Shown: positions 37,667-47,009 of the stretch, piece after piece
Layout: every line of letters begins with the position of its first letter
Numbering within the stretch: position 1 is the first letter of the stretch
NCBI GenBank assembly: GCA_044450345.1
Contig: JBIOIY010000001.1
Coordinates: 32,001 to 96,000, forward strand
DNA length: 64,000 bases
Origin: Thermodesulfovibrionales bacterium
Lineage (GTDB): Bacteria > Nitrospirota > Thermodesulfovibrionia > Thermodesulfovibrionales > UBA6898
Direction of reading: 5' to 3'
Translations under genes and position numbers: made by a program
The notes under the pieces: model-generated
Database searches by the model: none
The model's input: only the letters and a program-made list of their open reading frames with translations
What the model was told of the DNA's origin: nothing

Positions 37667-39007
37667 TCACGCGCTTATGTCCGCACCGCAGATTATAAGA
37701 CTCGGGGCGCCTATATTTCCGAAGAACCTGAGGTCGTCTCCGACAGCCTCTATCTTGCCGAACAATTCGAGGATATTGCCCGAGAGGACAGCCTCTTTCA
37801 CAGGGAATGCGAGTTCTCCGCTTTCGATCCACAGACCGGTTACTCCAACGGAGAAGTCACCCGAAATGGGATTTGCCGTATGGACGCCCATCGCATCGGT
37901 CACATAAAGACCCCTGCCGATCTCGGCAAATAACCTCTCCTTCGGAACGACAGAAGTCCCCGAAACCGGTTCCAGAAAGAGATTCGAAACGCCGACAGAC
38001 GGCAGTGTCGAGAACCCTCCCCTCGCCGCATTCCCCGTTGAAACCGCACGGGCCTTGCGCGCGGTATACGTGTTGTAGAGATACGCCTTCAGGACCCCTT
38101 CATGGATTACAGTCTTCTCCTGCGAGGGGACCCCCTCATCATCCACAGGGCTGCTCCCCAATCTCCCGTTGAGAAGGCCGCTGTCGACCAGGTTTATCCC
38201 GGCGCTGATGACCCTACTGCCGAGCCTGCCCGCTAGGAGAGACTTGCCTTTCTGGACCGCCTCAGCAGAAAGAGACGAAGCAAATATTCCGAGAAATTCG
38301 GCCGTCACGGCGTTGTCTATTATCACATTGCCCTTCGTTCCCGCCATCTTTCTGGAACCCAGCAGCAATGCAGCCCTCCGGGCGGCCCCCATCCCTACAC
38401 CGTCGAATGAAATGTCTTTCAGAAAACAGCCCGCATCATAATCCCAGCCGACCTGACTTTCCCCGTTTTCCTCTGCAATCGCCATAACCTGCGCGCTGCA
38501 GGCAGTGGATTCATAGTACACTTTCACACCTTTGGAGTTCACTATCACCGTCCCGGAAGACGTAAATGAGCCTGAAGCCTTTCTCACCTTCTTGATACGA
38601 CGGTCCGCCCCGTACACAGACCTTTCCATGAGCATGACCGCTTTGATGGCCTCTCCCTCGTCCGTTGCCTGCAACTGCGGGTCCAGGACAGACACTGCAG
38701 CAGGCAGACCGGCCTCCGGAAGATCGAGAAAATTATCGGGATCGGAAAATCGTGCCGCATCGATGGCCTTCGTGATGATGGAATCCCTGTCGCCGGCAGC
38801 AGTCGCATAGGAAAAGCCGAGACGACCGTCCTTGATCACACGGAGTGAATACCCGATGCTCGCTGAAGATTTGAGAGAATCGACCGCCTGTTCCTTGATC
38901 TCGACGGACAGGCTTTTTGAAGACCTCATAAAGACCTCGGCCTGGTCCGCGCCGCTTTTTATCGCTTTCGAGACAACTTCCTCGGCAAAACCACGGTCAA
39001 TCTTCAT
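37667..39007 (-). CDS. pmbA: TldE/PmbA family protein
   Basis: DDEGVP, STGNAAR, NPISGDFS and LSGN; lacks the TldD HExxGH motif. Confidence 0.88.
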   Translation of the reverse strand: MKIDRGFAEEVVSKAIKSGADQAEVFMRSSKSLSVEIKEQAVDSLKSSASIGYSLRVIKDGRLGFSYATAAGDRDSIITKAIDAARFSDPDNFLDLPEAGLPAAVSVLDPQLQATDEGEAIKAVMLMERSVYGADRRIKKVRKASGSFTSSGTVIVNSKGVKVYYESTACSAQVMAIAEENGESQVGWDYDAGCFLKDISFDGVGMGAARRAALLLGSRKMAGTKGNVIIDNAVTAEFLGIFASSLSAEAVQKGKSLLAGRLGSRVISAGINLVDSGLLNGRLGSSPVDDEGVPSQEKTVIHEGVLKAYLYNTYTARKARAVSTGNAARGGFSTLPSVGVSNLFLEPVSGTSVVPKERLFAEIGRGLYVTDAMGVHTANPISGDFSVGVTGLWIESGELAFPVKEAVLSGNILELFGKIEAVGDDLRFFGNIGAPSLIICGADISA

Positions 39008-39368
39008 AATATGACGCTGATGCGTTTTCCGATTCCCATACCGTCACTGCTGCGGTCCGCAGGTTCCCGTTGTTGATCTTCTTCTTCAGCGAGTCGAATA
39101 TCCATTTCGCGATATTCTCCGATGAGGGGTTCTTTTCTGTAAAAGGAAAGACATCGTTCAGGAAGGCGTGGTCCAGAGGCGCAACAATCTCCTGCGCGAT
39201 CTTCTTCAGATCGTGAAAGTCTATCGCAATATCTATCTCGTTCAGCCTTTCGGCCAAAACGCTGATCTGCACCCGCCAATTATGGCCGTGCAGATTTTCG
39301 CACTTGCCTTTATACCCCCGCAGCTGATGCGCGGCAGCAAACCCAACTTCTATGGATAATTCATACAT
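38997..39368 (-). CDS. queD: 6-carboxytetrahydropterin synthase
   Basis: FAAAH, CENLHGHN, LDH, SSENIA and VWES. Confidence 0.93.
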   Translation of the reverse strand: MYELSIEVGFAAAHQLRGYKGKCENLHGHNWRVQISVLAERLNEIDIAIDFHDLKKIAQEIVAPLDHAFLNDVFPFTEKNPSSENIAKWIFDSLKKKINNGNLRTAAVTVWESENASASYYED

Positions 39369-39383
39369 GCGTGTACCTCCGGA

Positions 39384-39905
39384 CTAAGTCGTCTTTTTAA
39401 AAGTGGATATATAGGGCAGGTTTCTGAATTTGTTGTCGTAGTCGAGGCCGTATCCCACCACAAATTCATTGGGTATCGAGAAACCGATGTAATCGAGCGG
39501 TATCTGGACTTCCCTCCTTCCGGCCTTGTCCAGGAACGTGCATATCCTGAGGCTCCTCGGACCTTTCATGAGTATCCGCTCCCTGATACAATTCAGCGTT
39601 ATGCCGGTGTCTACAATGTCCTCCACGAGAAGTATGTCCTTATCGGCGATCTCTTCCCTGATGTCATAATGCAATTTTACGTCACCCGTTGAGTCGCCCC
39701 TAAGATAACTCGATGCTATCAGAAAATCGACCATCAGCGGCGTTCTGATCATTCTTACGAGGTCGCTGAAAAAAACGAATGCCCCTTTCAGTATCCCGAC
39801 GGCAAGCAGGTTCTTTCCCTCGTAGTCATCAGAAATAACATCCGCAAGTTCCTTCACCTTTCTTTGTATCTGTTCTACGGTCAAAAAAGGCCTGCCGACT
39901 ACCAT
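39384..39905 (-). CDS. hpt: Hypoxanthine phosphoribosyltransferase
   Basis: ILKGA, LVEDIVDTG and FVVGYGLDY...RNLPYI. Confidence 0.95.
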   Translation of the reverse strand: MVVGRPFLTVEQIQRKVKELADVISDDYEGKNLLAVGILKGAFVFFSDLVRMIRTPLMVDFLIASSYLRGDSTGDVKLHYDIREEIADKDILLVEDIVDTGITLNCIRERILMKGPRSLRICTFLDKAGRREVQIPLDYIGFSIPNEFVVGYGLDYDNKFRNLPYISTFKKTT

Positions 39906-40046
39906 TCACTCCTCCTCGAAAAGAATACGATTATATTAACCCATCCGCGGCAAGAAAGCATAGCCGATAATCTCCGAAAATGTGTTGCATTGTTGCATAC
40001 CTCTTATATTCTATGCTACCATTACCAAACGATCAAGGAGGTCATT

Positions 40047-40421
40047 ATGGAAAACAAGAAATTCGTTTTTATCCTTAACCACTCTTTCGATCAGCCGGAC
40101 CATGCGGCGGCCGCACTGCAATTGGCGGCGAATATGAAGGCGTTCGATGTCGAGCTCGATTTCTTTCTGATCAACGAAGGCGTCATGCTCGCAAAAAAAG
40201 GCTTTGCAGAAACGATAACAGGACAGAAGAAGAACGCCTTCTCTCCTATATACCAGCTGATGAAGACACTTACCGAAGATTTTGGCGTCAAATTCTACGT
40301 CTGTGCATCCTGCGTAAAGGCATACGAGCTTGAAGGGGCGGAACTCATACCGAACACAGAGATCAAGCCCGGATCTTTTCTGGGGGAACTCCTGATGGAA
40401 AGGCAGAACGTAAGTTTCTGA
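40047..40421 (+). CDS. DsrE/DsrF-like family protein
   Basis: SD AAGGAGG then MENKKFVFIL; FFLINEGV and YVCASC. Confidence 0.75.
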   Translation: MENKKFVFILNHSFDQPDHAAAALQLAANMKAFDVELDFFLINEGVMLAKKGFAETITGQKKNAFSPIYQLMKTLTEDFGVKFYVCASCVKAYELEGAELIPNTEIKPGSFLGELLMERQNVSF

Positions 40422-40461
40422 ACGCCGCATGGCACTGCCGATCACAAAGGCCATAATGGAG

Positions 40462-40492
40462 AGACAGGCCGGGTTAATAACCCGGCCTGTCT
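40462..40492. terminator. Perfect hairpin between convergent genes; probable bidirectional terminator
   Basis: AGACAGGCCGGGTT-AAT-AACCCGGCCTGTCT, a 14-bp stem. Confidence 0.7.
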
Positions 40493-40500
40493 TGTAAGAA

Positions 40501-41988
40501 CTATTTGGTTTGTTTCACTGTCAACAACTTATCCTGAACGCCAAAAGGGTCCTTGAATTCAACATCAGGACTAAATTTAAGTTTCTTCTTTCCCCTTTCA
40601 TCAAGATATTTGTTTAATTCGAGGTTTACCATAATCGGCACATCCACTCCTGCCTTGGCAAGTGCCTGCCTCAACAGCCCTTCTGCCTTGCCTGCAAAGG
40701 CTGTAGCGTCACCCAAGACCCTACCGGCCTCAGTAGGGTTATGAAACCCGACGGAGTTTTCAGCACCGACATAGACGACCCGGTAGAATGCTTCTTCATA
40801 GAAGTCCTTTGCCTTATCATAGAGCGCCTTATCGATATTTTTGCCTTCGGATTGCGCCTTGTGCGCAATCTCGAAAAGTTTAGCGACTGATGCGGTAGCA
40901 TACCCAGATCTCAGCATGAGTGATACTGTTCTGTCCTGGATTGTGGTGACCTGGTCCTTTAGCCATTCCGGGCTTTCTGTATGGCACTGCATGCATGCCC
41001 TCATGTCGTTTTTCAAAGGGCTCATAACCCGGTGGTCAGATACCTTATAGACGCCGACCTTTGTGTACGGCATATGGCAGTCCGCACAGGCGGCACCGGC
41101 CTTCCAGTGGACACTGTTGTTGGAGAAGAGCTCGAATTCGGGATGACGAATAAAGGCCATTTTAAAACCGGTTACCGTCTGTTTCCATTCTCCATAGGAG
41201 GGATCGCTGCGGAGTTTCTTAATAATATTTTCTATCGTGATGTTGCCCCACTTGCTCCCCTGCCATGGGAAGTACAGGCCCTTTGAGTGCATCTCCTCAT
41301 CCTTGGGAATACTGTAGGTTACATGACATTGGGCGCAGATAACGCTCCTCATTTCCTGACGGGTAAGTTTTGAAGAATCGACACCCATGTCCTTAAGGGC
41401 CGCCATTAGGGTGAAGCCCCTCGATATTTTAAGAGACATATCCTTGTTGTCATGGCAGTCAATGCAGGCAACTCCAAGTGTTCTGAATTTTTCGGGTACA
41501 TGAGAGAGGACTTCGTCGTAAGGTTTTTTGTAGTAATCAATCGCCATCTCTTTCTCGAGTTTCGGCGCAAAGGGGGTCTTGCATGAAAGGCAGACACCTC
41601 CTGCCTTCACCCTCGAAGGATCCACTTCAAGCTGATCGCGGAGCATCCTGGCGTGCCCCTTCGGCTCATTATATTCGATGCCAAACCCCCAGCCGCTAAA
41701 TAGCAAGGCCATGTACGGGAACTCCGACAGCTTATCGTAAGATATTCTGTCGGCGTCGAACCCTCTTTTGTATTTACTTTTTCCGGCTGGTTCCGGTTGC
41801 TCCGTTTTTTTCCATAACTCAAATTCCGGCGGGTACGCCTTGCCCCACTGCTCAGGATCAACTTCACCATCAGAGATTTTCACCGGTTTGACCTGTTCGG
41901 TCTTGGTCGGAGGGCAACCATACATAAATAATAACGCTATGCCTGCAATAATCACGGTGACGAACGTCACATGTTTTTCTTTTTTCAT
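40501..41988 (-). CDS. nrfA: Ammonia-forming cytochrome c nitrite reductase
   Basis: Heme motifs CLSCK (CxxCK), CIDCH, CAQCH, CADCH and CMQCH; HPEFE; AENSVGFH; lipoprotein-like signal ending in YGC. Confidence 0.95.
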   Translation of the reverse strand: MKKEKHVTFVTVIIAGIALLFMYGCPPTKTEQVKPVKISDGEVDPEQWGKAYPPEFELWKKTEQPEPAGKSKYKRGFDADRISYDKLSEFPYMALLFSGWGFGIEYNEPKGHARMLRDQLEVDPSRVKAGGVCLSCKTPFAPKLEKEMAIDYYKKPYDEVLSHVPEKFRTLGVACIDCHDNKDMSLKISRGFTLMAALKDMGVDSSKLTRQEMRSVICAQCHVTYSIPKDEEMHSKGLYFPWQGSKWGNITIENIIKKLRSDPSYGEWKQTVTGFKMAFIRHPEFELFSNNSVHWKAGAACADCHMPYTKVGVYKVSDHRVMSPLKNDMRACMQCHTESPEWLKDQVTTIQDRTVSLMLRSGYATASVAKLFEIAHKAQSEGKNIDKALYDKAKDFYEEAFYRVVYVGAENSVGFHNPTEAGRVLGDATAFAGKAEGLLRQALAKAGVDVPIMVNLELNKYLDERGKKKLKFSPDVEFKDPFGVQDKLLTVKQTK

Positions 41989-42004
41989 TTATTAACCTCC
42001 TTAC

Positions 42005-42475
42005 TTAAAGTGTTTCTATCGTTCCGCTGCGTTTATGTGCTATTCTCCTGTGGCATTCCCAACATCTTCTGTCATGATTTATGAATTCGACGGTGTTCTG
42101 ATGACATCTGATGCAGTTTGCCTGTAACACCTCTGCGCCATGAGACGTCAATTTGATCTGTTCGGGCACTCTGCCGGAATAAAAAAATGCCACATCTTTA
42201 AGACCATCAATAGATTTCCAGATGTAATGCATTCCCATATTCTCATTCGGCAGATGGCAGTCGACACATTTTTTTCTCCTGTGTGCGCCGGAATGTATCC
42301 ACGCTTCATATTCACTCTCCATCACATGGCACCGAGCACAAAAATCGGGCGATTCTGACTTGGCAAGCAATTTCGGCGGACCCAGCATAAGAAAAAGAGA
42401 CGCTACAAGCCCCCCTGTTACAATAACGGCAAGATAAAGGAAAACCTTCCTCTTTTTTGTGGTTTCCTCCATCAC
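42005..42475 (-). CDS. nrfH: Tetraheme NapC/NirT-family quinol dehydrogenase
   Basis: N-terminal TM; CARCHVM, CVDCH, CIRCH and CWECH; directly upstream of nrfA. Confidence 0.94.
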   Translation of the reverse strand: MMEETTKKRKVFLYLAVIVTGGLVASLFLMLGPPKLLAKSESPDFCARCHVMESEYEAWIHSGAHRRKKCVDCHLPNENMGMHYIWKSIDGLKDVAFFYSGRVPEQIKLTSHGAEVLQANCIRCHQNTVEFINHDRRCWECHRRIAHKRSGTIETL

Positions 42476-42624
42476 CTTACCCCCTTTTCTTTCCGGTTCA
42501 TACTATGGACATACTTTTGACCACATAGCCTTTATTTACAGTTTATCAAAACATAGGTAGCAGTCAATTTATTAATGCAAGGAATATTTAAAATTATAAT
42601 TAGAACATGATAATCACCTCATAA

Positions 42625-42638
42625 TTGACCATCATAAA
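42625..42638. promoter_or_regulatory. Possible Crp/Fnr-family box upstream of nrfHA
   Basis: TTGAC-CATC-ATAAA versus the FNR consensus TTGAT-N4-ATCAA (2 mismatches); minus-strand TATAAT at 42598-42593. Confidence 0.3.
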
Positions 42639-42704
42639 CAAAGAAGGAATTTAAGGCAGTTCGAAGCTATTGTGAAGAGATAAACTGCTATTTTCTTTTA
42701 TTTA

Positions 42705-43577
42705 TCAAGCTCGTGGATGGTATTTCTTAAAGATTTTCTTTATCCTGTCCGTTGTCACTTTGGTGTAGACCTGTGTGGTCGATATATCGGAGTGGCCGAG
42801 CATCTTCTGAACGGACCTAAGGTCTGCACCGCCTTCAAGGAGATGTGTTGCAAAGCAATGCCTTATCGTGTGGGGAGAAAGAACGACGCCCGCCCTTCCC
42901 CCGATGGTTTTCAGTGTCTGCCAGAACCTCTGTCTTGTCATCTGTCCGCCTATCCTCGTCACGAAAAGATAAAGCGACTCTCTCTTCTTCAGTATAGAGG
43001 GCCTCTCTTCCCGGATATACCTCTTTACCTTTTCCAGGGCGCGTGCGTTGACCGGTACTACCCGCTCCTTCGAGCCCTTTCCGAGGACCCTTATAAAGCC
43101 TGCCTCAAAATGGATATCCCCGAGCTTTATCGATACAAGTTCGCTGACGCGCAGACCCGATGAGTAGAGAAGTTCCACCATTGCAGAATCCCTCAGCGCA
43201 GTCTTGCCTGATGAACCCGTGTCAAGGAGTGTCCTGACATCCGAGACACTCAGCGCCTTCGGAAGTCTGTCCCACTTCTTCGGGGTCTGAATGTTTTCAG
43301 AAGGATCGTGGTCTATTTCGTTTTCCATAAGCATATATTTGTACAGAGCTTTTATTGAAGATATATACCTGCAGATACTGGCGGAGGAGTAGCTCCTGTT
43401 TCTCAGTACTTCGAGGAAATCGATGATATCGGCAGTAGTCGCAGATACGGGTGCGGTTTTTCTTTCGTCGAGAAAGAGCCCGTATCTCTTGAGGTCGGCA
43501 TTGTAGGAAGCGACGGTATTCCGGGCGAGGCCCTTTTCGACAGTCAGATATGTGAAAAAATTCTCAAACAACCTCAC
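42705..43577 (-). CDS. xerD: Site-specific tyrosine recombinase XerD
   Basis: EKGLARNT, LYSSGLRVSEL, GKGSKER, HTIRHCFATHLL and LGHSDISTTQVY. Confidence 0.92.
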   Translation of the reverse strand: MRLFENFFTYLTVEKGLARNTVASYNADLKRYGLFLDERKTAPVSATTADIIDFLEVLRNRSYSSASICRYISSIKALYKYMLMENEIDHDPSENIQTPKKWDRLPKALSVSDVRTLLDTGSSGKTALRDSAMVELLYSSGLRVSELVSIKLGDIHFEAGFIRVLGKGSKERVVPVNARALEKVKRYIREERPSILKKRESLYLFVTRIGGQMTRQRFWQTLKTIGGRAGVVLSPHTIRHCFATHLLEGGADLRSVQKMLGHSDISTTQVYTKVTTDRIKKIFKKYHPRA

Positions 43578-44346
43578 AGGACAGATATTCCTCTATGCCC
43601 GTCGACTGCCGCAGCCGATCATAGAATATGGACGCGATCGGCATAAGGTTTACCGTATCTTCCCTGTTGTATCTTACGAGGGTCTCCATTGCTTCCCGGG
43701 AACCTCTCTTTGCATGCTCCCACAGCTTCACGGCATCGTAGCCGTCAAGCCCCTGCACAGACTCGTCCCTTATGATATCAAGCGCATGTTCAAGCCGCTT
43801 TAGTCCTCCCTTCATACCAAGCCTCTTTGCCGCAAAACAAAGGTCGAAATGCGGCAGATCGAATTTGATTTCGCTGAATGACCGCAGGATAAATGGGATA
43901 TCGAAGGCAGCACCGTAAAATGTGACCAGACATTTATACCTCGCCAGTTCCCTGCTCAGGTTTTCCGCAGTAAGGTTTTCGCCCCTTACAAGGCTCTTAT
44001 AGTCGTACCCGTCGTATAGCCCGATTACCGTCACGAATCCGCCGCTGTTTGGTTGCAACCCGTTTGTCTCGATGTCGAGACAAACGGCGTCCCCCTTAAA
44101 AAAATCAAAGAGACGCCAATGTTCTCTACGCTTTATCCTGCGGGAAAAATAGGCAGCATTATCCGCGAGCAGTTCCTTGGCATCCTGCAGGAGACAGTCG
44201 TCAAAGAAACTCTTTCTCTCCTCACTGAACCCAAGCAGTTCATCAGCCCCGGTAAAATCATCCCATGTAAGGACGCCTTCCCTCCAGAGCCTCCTTTCAA
44301 GCTTTTCACCTATCCCATCGAGTGTGCTAAATGTATTCCTGATCAT
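43564..44346 (-). CDS. YprB-like RNase H-fold exonuclease
   Basis: LDIETNG, TFYGAAFDIPF, GGLKRLE and YNRED. Confidence 0.82.
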   Translation of the reverse strand: MIRNTFSTLDGIGEKLERRLWREGVLTWDDFTGADELLGFSEERKSFFDDCLLQDAKELLADNAAYFSRRIKRREHWRLFDFFKGDAVCLDIETNGLQPNSGGFVTVIGLYDGYDYKSLVRGENLTAENLSRELARYKCLVTFYGAAFDIPFILRSFSEIKFDLPHFDLCFAAKRLGMKGGLKRLEHALDIIRDESVQGLDGYDAVKLWEHAKRGSREAMETLVRYNREDTVNLMPIASIFYDRLRQSTGIEEYLSCEVV

Positions 44347-44585
44347 CGACTATCTTCTCTGTTTCTTCGATTGCCGGCAATAATCCCTTCAACCGAGGCG
44401 CTAGATATAATGGTCCAGCAAATTAGTTTATTATACAGAATGGGGATATCTTATTACTATCCATTCACCACAATCTTACACGCAGCGGCGCAGATTCATC
44501 TACTTTATCCCTTCGCACTTGTTGGTTGATAAGTCCCCGCACCATTGTTATACTCAAAATAATCTCACTACTCACCGGAGGCAGT

Positions 44586-46031
44586 ATGCCCAAATATGAC
44601 TTCGACATCGGGATTATAGGCGGCGGCGCCGGCGGCCTGACAGTCGCTGCGGGTGCTTCGCAACTCGGGGCAAGGACACTTTTAATCGAAAAAGAAAGAG
44701 AGCTTGGCGGGGATTGCCTCCATTTCGGCTGCGTGCCGAGCAAAACACTCATAAGGACAGCAAACGTTTATCATATCATGAAAAAAGCGGGGGATTTCGG
44801 CTTGCCGGCGTTCGATGGCAAGCCGGTCAATTTCGGGGATATCGCACAGAGGATCCAGTCGGTCATAGGCGCAATCCAAAGGCATGATTCGAAGGAGAGG
44901 TTCTGCAAACTCGGGGTCCGGGTTGAATTCGGTTACTCTTTTTTTAAAGACGAACATGCCGTAAATCTCAATGGAAAGACTTATTCGGCCAGGACGTGGG
45001 TAATCGCGACAGGGTCAAGCCCTTCCATTCCCGTAATTGACGGTCTGGACAAGATGCCCTATCTTACGAACAGGGAACTTTTTTCTCTTGACACCCTTCC
45101 GGATTCACTTATTATTATCGGCGGTGGCCCTATCGGAATCGAGATGGCCCAGGCATTTTGCCGTCTGGGGAGCCGTGTTTCCGTTATCCAGCGAGGCAGA
45201 CAGGTCCTGAGCAAGGAAGATGCCGACATCTCTGAAGATATCATGAACTACCTGGCCGGTGAAGGGGTGGTCTTCTATCTCAACACCTCGATCATCGCCG
45301 CAAGAGATCTTGGCAGCGAGAGGGAAATAGTTGTCAAGAAAGACGAGGGAACACTAAACCTCAGGGCAAAAGCGGTACTGATCGCCGCGGGAAGAGACGC
45401 GAATCTGCAATGTCTTGGACTGGAGGAGATCGGGATCGAATTTGATAGGAGAAGGCTCAAACTGGACAGAAGACTCAGGACGAGCCACCCGCACATCTAT
45501 GCAGCCGGAGACGTAACCGGCGACTACCAGTTCACACATGCGGCGGGATACGAGGGGGGTGTGGTCCTCGGTAATGCCGTCTTTCATATACCGAAGAAAG
45601 TGGACTACACCTTTTTCCCGTGGTGTACATTCACCGATCCTGAACTCGCCTGCATCGGCATGAACGAAAAAATGGCCGCTGAAGCCGGAATAGAATACAG
45701 CGTTTATGTAGAAAAATTCATAGATAATGACAGGAGCCTCGCAGAAGGCGAAAAAGAGGGTAAGATAAAGATGATCCTGGATATGAAAGAAAGGCTGCTC
45801 GGCGTGCAAATACTCGGCCCGCATGCAGGAGATCTTCTGTCCGAGTGGGTCGCGGTCATGAACGGCGGGGTAAGACTTGCAACGCTCGCATCGTCGGTCC
45901 ATCCATATCCCACACTCGGAGAAATCAATAAAAAAGTTGTGACCGGACTGTTTTCAAAAAAAATATTTTCCGATCGCATGAGGAAGGGCCTTACATTTCT
46001 ATTCAACCTGAAGGGAAGGGCATGCCCTTAA
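44586..46031 (+). CDS. FAD-dependent pyridine nucleotide-disulfide oxidoreductase (Lpd/MerA-like, not true MerA)
   Basis: GGGAGG, GGDCLHFGCVPSK, GGGPIG, AAGD and HPYPT. Start MPKYDF after SD GGAGG. Confidence 0.88.
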   Translation: MPKYDFDIGIIGGGAGGLTVAAGASQLGARTLLIEKERELGGDCLHFGCVPSKTLIRTANVYHIMKKAGDFGLPAFDGKPVNFGDIAQRIQSVIGAIQRHDSKERFCKLGVRVEFGYSFFKDEHAVNLNGKTYSARTWVIATGSSPSIPVIDGLDKMPYLTNRELFSLDTLPDSLIIIGGGPIGIEMAQAFCRLGSRVSVIQRGRQVLSKEDADISEDIMNYLAGEGVVFYLNTSIIAARDLGSEREIVVKKDEGTLNLRAKAVLIAAGRDANLQCLGLEEIGIEFDRRRLKLDRRLRTSHPHIYAAGDVTGDYQFTHAAGYEGGVVLGNAVFHIPKKVDYTFFPWCTFTDPELACIGMNEKMAAEAGIEYSVYVEKFIDNDRSLAEGEKEGKIKMILDMKERLLGVQILGPHAGDLLSEWVAVMNGGVRLATLASSVHPYPTLGEINKKVVTGLFSKKIFSDRMRKGLTFLFNLKGRACP

Positions 46032-46224
46032 CATCCGGTCCCGTTTCCCCATTCTTCTAAGCTATTCTTCGCCCTTTTTTTACGCTTGCGGTATCTTCAA
46101 AGACTGTTATGTGTCGTCCGTATTCTCCGGGGCATTTGGTTTGTGCGGCTACATTTGCGTAATTTCCCAGTTCGCAGACTTTTTTTATTTGCTTTATGAA
46201 CATAGAATTGTAAAATAGTAATAT

Positions 46225-46863
46225 ATGGACGAAGGTAAAGACGAAAGTCTCGCGGTATCAGTCCTCTATGTGGAAGATGAGCCTTTAACAAGGGCCGTAT
46301 TTGCCAGGATTCTTGCGAGGAAAGTATCGATCTTGTATCAGGCCGAAAATGGCGAAGAAGGACTGGAGCTGTTTAAAATGCACAGGCCCGATATAGTAAT
46401 ATCCGACGTCAGAATGCCCGTCATGGACGGGATCGAGATGTCAAGAAGGATCAAGTCTCTGGAAGGCAACAGTAAGATAATAATTACCACCGCACACAGT
46501 GATGCGACTATCTTGCTGAGTTCCATCGACGCCGGGATCGACAAATATATTTTAAAACCGGTTGAGGTGGAAATCCTATTTTCGGCGTTGGAGAATTGTG
46601 CCGAAACCATCATACTCGAAAGAAAAATCCAGGAACAAGCCAGAGAAAAGGATGAACTGATTACTAAGCTCCAGGATGCCCTCGATAACATAAAGAGATT
46701 GAGCGGACTCCTGCCTATCTGCTCTTCCTGCAAGAAAATCCGCGATGACAAGGGTTACTGGAACCAGATCGAAAGATATATAGCTGAACATTCCGAGGCC
46801 GAGTTCAGTCACGGTATCTGTCCTGAGTGTGTGAGAAAGCTTTATCCCCAATATAAACAGTGA
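46225..46863 (+). CDS. Response regulator with a C-terminal four-cysteine domain
   Basis: REC motifs VEDE, SDVRMP, TTA and KP; coiled coil; LLPICSSCKKIR...SHGICPEC. Confidence 0.85.
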   Translation: MDEGKDESLAVSVLYVEDEPLTRAVFARILARKVSILYQAENGEEGLELFKMHRPDIVISDVRMPVMDGIEMSRRIKSLEGNSKIIITTAHSDATILLSSIDAGIDKYILKPVEVEILFSALENCAETIILERKIQEQAREKDELITKLQDALDNIKRLSGLLPICSSCKKIRDDKGYWNQIERYIAEHSEAEFSHGICPECVRKLYPQYKQ

Positions 46864-47009
46864 TCCCCGAAAATCGATCACATGGTTAAGCAGTTTGCGC
46901 CTCCTTCATTAGAGGCCAAAAAAGATGAACTCACTACTCACGCAGCGAACGCCCAATACGGTGCGGAACTCCCTACAAAACTGCAGGCGAAAGCAATTGG
47001 TCCCAGTAC

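Noticed and set aside
42705..43577. Integrase marking a prophage or island
   Set aside because: Length and motifs fit chromosomal XerD; no att repeats, tRNA or phage genes were seen.
43564..44346. YprB-like exonuclease or macro domain protein (62541) as anti-phage defence genes
   Set aside because: Both are solitary in housekeeping context, with no partner helicase, ADP-ribosyltransferase or toxin adjacent.
44586..46031. Mercuric reductase (merA) call
   Set aside because: No C-terminal vicinal Cys-Cys pair, no NmerA domain and no mer genes nearby.
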